Assembly: GCA_034189385.1 (NCBI GenBank) | Contig: JAXHVD010000009.1 | Coordinates: 1 to 64,000, forward strand | Origin: Thermodesulfobacteriota bacterium | GTDB taxonomy: Bacteria; Desulfobacterota; Desulfobacteria; Desulfobacterales; C00003060 | Direction of reading: 5' to 3' | Length of the DNA stretch: 64,000 nucleotides | Shown: in pieces, positions 58,687 through 64,000 of the stretch | Position numbering within the stretch: the stretch's first letter is position 1 | Layout: every line of letters begins with the position of its first letter | Notes under the pieces: model-generated | Database searches by the model: none | What the model saw: the letters and a program-made list of their open reading frames with translations, nothing else | What the model was told of the DNA's origin: nothing | Translations under genes and position numbers: made by a program

Positions 58687-60045
58687 ATGACAGGCTTGCT
58701 AAGGCGGCACAAGGGGATTGTCGCCGTCATACTTTTTCTATCGCTTTGCCTCTTGCTGGCCGCCAGCGACATCCATCGGCAACTGTTGGCAGGCACGGAC
58801 GAGACTTATGAAAAACTGAAGTTGTTCAGTGATGTTCTTGATATTGTGGAAAAAAACTACGTGGATCCCGTGGACGCCAAAGACCTCATTGAAGGCGCCA
58901 TCCATGGGATGCTCGCCTCCCTAGATCCGCACTCCTCCTTCCTGTCTGCCGACACCTACAACGAACTTCAAATAGACACGAAGGGAGAGTTCAGCGGCAT
59001 CGGGATTGTCATTACCATGAAAGATAACATCTTGACTGTCGTGTCTCCCATTGAGGGAACTCCGGCCCACGAAGCGGGAATCAAATCAGGGGACCAAATC
59101 ATCAAGGTAGACGGAGAAACGACAAAAGACATGAAGTTGTGGGAGGCGGTCAAGAAGATACGAGGCCAAAAGGGGACTGCGGTCCTCATTACGGTCAGGC
59201 AAAAGGGATCAGATGAGCCAAAGGAGTTCACCATTGTGCGGGATGTGATCCCCTTGGACAGCGTCCACGCTCACGTCCTTAAGCCGGGCTACGGCTATCT
59301 GCGTATTACCAACTTTAGGGACAATACGTACGACGACGCTGCCGCCGCCCTAGATGAACTGGAATCGGGCGACACAGCCTTAAAGGGCCTCGTCCTTGAT
59401 CTTCGGGATAATCCTGGGGGTCTCCTGGACCAATCCGTTAAGATTGCAGATCTCTTTCTGGAAAACGGGGTGATCGTATCCATCAAGGGGAGGTCAGAGT
59501 CTGAACCGAAAACGTACTCAGCCCGACCCAATATCCATAAGCACACCTATCCCATCGTCCTCCTGATCAATGAAGGAAGTGCAAGCGCCTCGGAGATTGT
59601 CGCAGGGGCCTTACAGGACCACGGACGGGCCCTGGTTTTGGGCGCTACTTCTTTTGGAAAGGGCTCCGTCCAAGCCGTGGAGCCTTTAAGAGATGGCTAT
59701 GGCCTGAAACTTACCATCGCCCGCTATTACACCCCCGAGGGCCATGCCATACAGGCAGAGGGGATCAAGCCAGATGTGGTGGTGGCACAACGATTTCTCC
59801 CTGAAACAGAAACACCAGAAAGACCCCGTATGCACGAGAAGGACCTGAAGAATCATATCTCACCGGAACCGCAAGATGGGCTGTCCGAGGAAGAGAAAGA
59901 AGAGACTGCTCCTGCTGAGGACGCAGAGGTGCCAGAGACAGGTCCGTCTGAAGACGTAGAAGAACTCCTTAACAAGGATCATCAGGTTCAAAGGGCCCTC
60001 GACATCCTAGCTGGTTGGGAGATCTTTTCTAAGATGTCTCTCTAG
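58687..60045 (+). CDS. ctpA: S41 carboxyl-terminal processing protease
   Basis: LDPHS, PDZ domain, DLRDNPGG, SASASEIVAGALQD, FGKGSVQ. Confidence 0.93.
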   Translation: MTGLLRRHKGIVAVILFLSLCLLLAASDIHRQLLAGTDETYEKLKLFSDVLDIVEKNYVDPVDAKDLIEGAIHGMLASLDPHSSFLSADTYNELQIDTKGEFSGIGIVITMKDNILTVVSPIEGTPAHEAGIKSGDQIIKVDGETTKDMKLWEAVKKIRGQKGTAVLITVRQKGSDEPKEFTIVRDVIPLDSVHAHVLKPGYGYLRITNFRDNTYDDAAAALDELESGDTALKGLVLDLRDNPGGLLDQSVKIADLFLENGVIVSIKGRSESEPKTYSARPNIHKHTYPIVLLINEGSASASEIVAGALQDHGRALVLGATSFGKGSVQAVEPLRDGYGLKLTIARYYTPEGHAIQAEGIKPDVVVAQRFLPETETPERPRMHEKDLKNHISPEPQDGLSEEEKEETAPAEDAEVPETGPSEDVEELLNKDHQVQRALDILAGWEIFSKMSL

Positions 60046-60057
60046 AGACACATTGCC

Positions 60058-61278
60058 ATGGCAACACGTAAAAAGATCGACCTGACAGAGGGGACGAGAC
60101 CAGACCGAAAAGCAACCCTTTATAAGGGCATTGCATACCTTGCCATACCACTGGCCGCCCTCCTTGTCTTTGCGGGGATCTGGGTATACGGAAGAGACCG
60201 GCCAGTCCAATCAAAACCGGTTCGCCATTTTCCGATACCTGTCTTTGAAACCCATAAGTCTCACGGTACAGAGGCCAAGGTCAAAGAACTGGACCGGCAC
60301 ATCTGTGACGCACTCCTGGCCTTGGGGGTCTCTCAAGAGGCCGTGGTATTCAACACGGTACAAACCAAAAACGATGGTGGTGACCAGTGGACGTACTCTG
60401 ACATGGAGGTGCGCATAAAGAAGGTGCCTCCTGTCACAGAGGTGAGGGCCGTCTTTTTGCACAGCCTGAGCCTATCTATTCCAGAGGGTGGACTCCACGT
60501 TACATTGGGACCTCAAGACCAGACCGTTGTGGAGGTCTCGGTGAACGGGCACCCAACACATCGGGTGGCTTTTGTGGCGGTTACATACGAAAAGCCGACC
60601 CCGGCCCCACCAATCGGCCTTCCCCAAGTCGCTATTATCATAGACGACTTTGGATACGACAAAGAGACCGCTTTAAGGTTCCTAGAACTTGACGGAGTGC
60701 TCGCCTTTTCCGTCCTTCCTCACAGTCCTTTCCAGTCGGAGATCGCCTCTGCGATCCACGAGACTGGCCGTGATGTCCTTCTCCATCTTCCCATGGAACC
60801 CTTGGACTATCCGGTCGTGAACCCCGGAAAAGGCGCCCTTATTGCTTCTATGGAGCCAAAGGAACTCTTGGATCAACTATTGGAGGACTTGGCTGCCGTG
60901 CCTTTTATCGTAGGTGTGAACAATCACATGGGCTCCAAGCTCACCCAAGATGCAGTGAAAATGAGCCAGATCTTTAAGGTGTTAAAGGGCCGCCATCTAT
61001 TCTTTGTAGACAGTCTCACCAGTCCATTGTCAAGTTGCGCAGACGCGGCAAGGATGTTGGACCTGCGATTCGCCTGTCGCCAGGTTTTCTTGGACCACGT
61101 TCAAGAGCCCAACGCCATCCGATTTCAAATCAAGCGTCTCGTTACAGTGGCCAAAAAACGGGGCCAGGCTATCGGCATCGGCCACCCCTATCCCATCACC
61201 TGGAAAATTTTAAAACAAGAACTCCCTCATATTAAAAGACAAGTGAAGCTGGTTCCTGTTTCGCAAATCGTGGGATAA
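60058..61278 (+). CDS. Divergent polysaccharide deacetylase family protein
   Basis: AIIIDDFG, HLPMEP, NNHMGS, FVDS.T, IGIGHP. Confidence 0.92.
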   Translation: MATRKKIDLTEGTRPDRKATLYKGIAYLAIPLAALLVFAGIWVYGRDRPVQSKPVRHFPIPVFETHKSHGTEAKVKELDRHICDALLALGVSQEAVVFNTVQTKNDGGDQWTYSDMEVRIKKVPPVTEVRAVFLHSLSLSIPEGGLHVTLGPQDQTVVEVSVNGHPTHRVAFVAVTYEKPTPAPPIGLPQVAIIIDDFGYDKETALRFLELDGVLAFSVLPHSPFQSEIASAIHETGRDVLLHLPMEPLDYPVVNPGKGALIASMEPKELLDQLLEDLAAVPFIVGVNNHMGSKLTQDAVKMSQIFKVLKGRHLFFVDSLTSPLSSCADAARMLDLRFACRQVFLDHVQEPNAIRFQIKRLVTVAKKRGQAIGIGHPYPITWKILKQELPHIKRQVKLVPVSQIVG

Positions 61279-61306
61279 TCGCTGTCACCCTTTGATGGAA
61301 GGACTG

Positions 61307-62398
61307 TTACCTGGTCTTGGCCACAATGGCATCGATCAGTTGGTTGAAAGAATCGGAAAAGGCCTGAACGCCTTGTTGTTGGAGGACCTCACAGTTTTGG
61401 TTTAGATCGATTCCGAAGCCTTTCAGCTTTTCTAAGTACCCACGTTCCTTGTCCAGGTCTTCTTCCAGCGTCAACCTCGGATTACCGTGGTCCAAGAATG
61501 CCAACAATGTATTATGAGGTAGGGTATTGATGGTCTCCTTGCCGATCAATTCATCCACATATTTTAGGTCATAGTAGTCTGGGTTCTTTGTACTCGTGCT
61601 CCCCCATAGAACACGCTGAATACGTGCCCCTTCTGACGCCAATTCAGAAAAGTGCTCTCCCGTAAACCATTCTTTGAACCGTTGGTAGATCATCTTGGCG
61701 TTAGCCACTGCGATTTTTCCTTGAAGATCTTGCTCGTGAAGCTCCTGCAATTGTTTGTCCGTTACGGTGTCTACTCTGCTGACAAAAAGGCTTGCCACAG
61801 AACAGACCTGATCTAAAGGCTTGCCTTTACGGAGTCTGTCTCTTAATCCCTCCATGTAAGCCTTGGCACTCCTTTCGTACTGGGCCATAGAAAAAAGAAG
61901 GGTCACATTGATATTGATTCCATCTGCCGTTAGGACCCTGATGGCCTCTGCCCCCTCTACCGTCCCAGGGACCTTGATCATGAGATTTTTCCTTCCAACT
62001 TCTTGGGAAAGTCTTCTGGCGTTTTCAATCGTTTTTTCTGGATCTTGCGCATACCTTGGAAGGACTTCAAGGCTCACATAACCGTCTAGGCCCTGTGTCC
62101 TCTCGTACGTTTCTCTCAAAAAGTCGGCCGCTATCTGTACGTCCTGAACCGTCACAACATCGTAGATCTCTTCTGGAGAGCGTCCTTTTTTTACGAGCTC
62201 TTCTATCGTTTTATTATAGACGGCTGACCCCTTAATGGCCTTTTCAAATATACTTGGATTAGAAGTAACGCCTGTGACGCCCTTGTCCAAGAGTTTCCTA
62301 AAATCTCCGCTTTGAATCAAACGCCGATCAATGTTATCATACCAGGGGCTTTGTCCCAATTCAGCCAATGCCAAAAGATTATTCTTCGTCATATTCAT
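61307..62398 (-). CDS. tal: Transaldolase
   Basis: GQSPWYD, GVTSNPSIF, MIKVP, NVTLLFS, ASLFVSRVD. Confidence 0.94.
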   Translation of the reverse strand: MNMTKNNLLALAELGQSPWYDNIDRRLIQSGDFRKLLDKGVTGVTSNPSIFEKAIKGSAVYNKTIEELVKKGRSPEEIYDVVTVQDVQIAADFLRETYERTQGLDGYVSLEVLPRYAQDPEKTIENARRLSQEVGRKNLMIKVPGTVEGAEAIRVLTADGININVTLLFSMAQYERSAKAYMEGLRDRLRKGKPLDQVCSVASLFVSRVDTVTDKQLQELHEQDLQGKIAVANAKMIYQRFKEWFTGEHFSELASEGARIQRVLWGSTSTKNPDYYDLKYVDELIGKETINTLPHNTLLAFLDHGNPRLTLEEDLDKERGYLEKLKGFGIDLNQNCEVLQQQGVQAFSDSFNQLIDAIVAKTR

Positions 62399-62630
62399 CT
62401 CCCTGTGAAATCATTCTACAACCTCTCGGATATACGAACAAATACTCTATTTAAAGAGGAGAGTCAAGGACCTGTCACAACGCGCCTTTCCAGCCTTTTA
62501 AGGTACTCTATGGATAGCGTTGAGTTCTTTTAAAAACTCTGTTATTATCCTATCCCAGTACTACAGTAAACTGAAGTTTCCATTCCTTTTTCACCATAAT
62601 CATGATTTCCGAGATAAACAAGGCAGCATC

Positions 62631-63914
62631 ATGACACAGCTAGAAAAGGCCCGGAAAGGGGTCATCACTAAAGCCATGGAGAGGGTGGCTCAAAAGGAGA
62701 ATATTGATCCCCATCTCCTAGCGGAAAGGATCGCCAACGGTTCCGTTGTCATACCATCGAATGTTCATCATGGAAACCTTGATCCTGTAGGAATAGGCAA
62801 AGGCCTTACGATAAAAGTCAATGCCAATATCGGTACCTCTCGTGACCATGTTGATCAGGCCGAAGAACTCTCTAAACTTTCCTTTGCCGTTGGTGCCGGT
62901 GCCGACACGATCATGGATCTCAGCACTGGCGGCGACATTACCAAGATACGTCAAGCCGTTCTCCTGGCCTCCAGATTGCCCGTTGGAACCGTCCCTATCT
63001 ATCAAACAGCGGTAGAAACAGCCAGAAATACAGGAGGGATCGTTAATTTGACGACTGATCTCCTATTTGAGACGGTGGAAGAACAGGCTAAAGATGGAGT
63101 GGATTTCATGACGATCCATTGTGGTGTCACATTGGAAGCCCTTGAAAGACTCCGGATTCAAGGCCGAACCACCGATATTGTGAGCAGGGGCGGGGCCTTT
63201 TTGGCAACATGGATGCTCTACCACCAAAGAGAAAATCCCTTTTATAAACATTTCGACCGGCTCCTTTCTGTTGCAAAGAGGCATGACATCACGTTGAGCC
63301 TTGGCGATGGGTTACGGCCTGGGTCTTTGGCAGATGCTACGGATCGGGCCCAAATAAATGAGCTCCTTATACTTGGAGAACTGACCAGCCGTGCCTGGGA
63401 AGAGGGTGTTCAGGTCATGATAGAGGGACCAGGTCATATTCCTCTCAATGAAGTAGAGACAAATGTGGTTCTTCAAAAACGGTTGTGTCAAGGAGCTCCT
63501 TTTTATGTGTTGGGCCCACTGGTGACGGATATAGCAGCGGGCTACGATCATATTGCCTGCGCCATAGGCGGTGCCGTTGCCGGCATGGCCGGCGCTGACT
63601 TCCTTTGCTACGTCACCCCTGCAGAACACCTAAAGCTTCCATCTCCTGAAGATGTGAGAGAAGGGGTCATAGCAACCAAGATTGCGGCCCATGCAGCTGA
63701 TATTGCCAGGGGACATCCCGGATCCATAGAGCGGGATCATAAGATGTCAAAGGCACGGAAGGCATTGGACTGGAAAAAGCAAATATCACTGGCCATCGAC
63801 CCGAAAAAAGCCGAGGCCTATCGTGCCAGTAGCAGACCAAGCTCAGATGAGGTCTGTACCATGTGTGGGGAATTTTGCGCCATTAAGATGGTTCGTGATT
63901 ATTTCAAGTCATAA
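62631..63914 (+). CDS. thiC: Phosphomethylpyrimidine synthase (ThiC family)
   Basis: KVNANIG, MDLSTGG, VSRGG, SLGDGLRPG, EGPGH, TPAEHL, CTMCGEFC. Confidence 0.9.
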   Translation: MTQLEKARKGVITKAMERVAQKENIDPHLLAERIANGSVVIPSNVHHGNLDPVGIGKGLTIKVNANIGTSRDHVDQAEELSKLSFAVGAGADTIMDLSTGGDITKIRQAVLLASRLPVGTVPIYQTAVETARNTGGIVNLTTDLLFETVEEQAKDGVDFMTIHCGVTLEALERLRIQGRTTDIVSRGGAFLATWMLYHQRENPFYKHFDRLLSVAKRHDITLSLGDGLRPGSLADATDRAQINELLILGELTSRAWEEGVQVMIEGPGHIPLNEVETNVVLQKRLCQGAPFYVLGPLVTDIAAGYDHIACAIGGAVAGMAGADFLCYVTPAEHLKLPSPEDVREGVIATKIAAHAADIARGHPGSIERDHKMSKARKALDWKKQISLAIDPKKAEAYRASSRPSSDEVCTMCGEFCAIKMVRDYFKS

Positions 63915-64000
63915 TCCAACAACCCCTCAAATCCTTTGGTTATTGTAGAATATCCTTTCCCTTGGGTTGTTCGTTTTGGGTTGATATTTTTTCAGTAATT

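Noticed and set aside
62400..62630. TPP riboswitch upstream of thiC
   Set aside because: No CTGAGA/ACCTG core motifs are visible

Overview
This window looks like a chromosome segment from a deltaproteobacterium (Desulfobacterales-like); the taxonomy is inferred from gene content only. Positions 1-18.3 kb form an accessory island in which every credible gene is on the minus strand. It holds five toxin-antitoxin pairs, an AAA+/DUF4143 ATPase, a TIR-domain protein, a GxxExxY nuclease, two ORF6N genes and a six-gene radical-SAM cluster. These genes are separated by several families of short, often nested repeats, and filled versus empty sites of two tiny mobile elements can be read directly from the sequence. 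Positions 18.5-44.5 kb carry signalling and metabolic genes: a CHASE2 adenylate cyclase, a FecR-TPR-beta-barrel receptor, a cNMP-binding Ser/Thr kinase, a partner-switching module next to glgP, a PflX-like radical SAM, an acyl-CoA ligase/acyltransferase and several pseudogenes. Positions 44.7-64 kb are core genes: leuDC, pssA, psd, tsaB, lon, pilD, a histidine kinase, alr, ftsEX, envC, ctpA, tal and thiC. The strongest candidates for a new system are (i) an integron-like cassette array punctuated by non-attC repeats with a GxxExxY nuclease bracketed by them, and (ii) the radical-SAM/DUF1611 cluster. All family calls come from motif recognition by eye; no database search was run.
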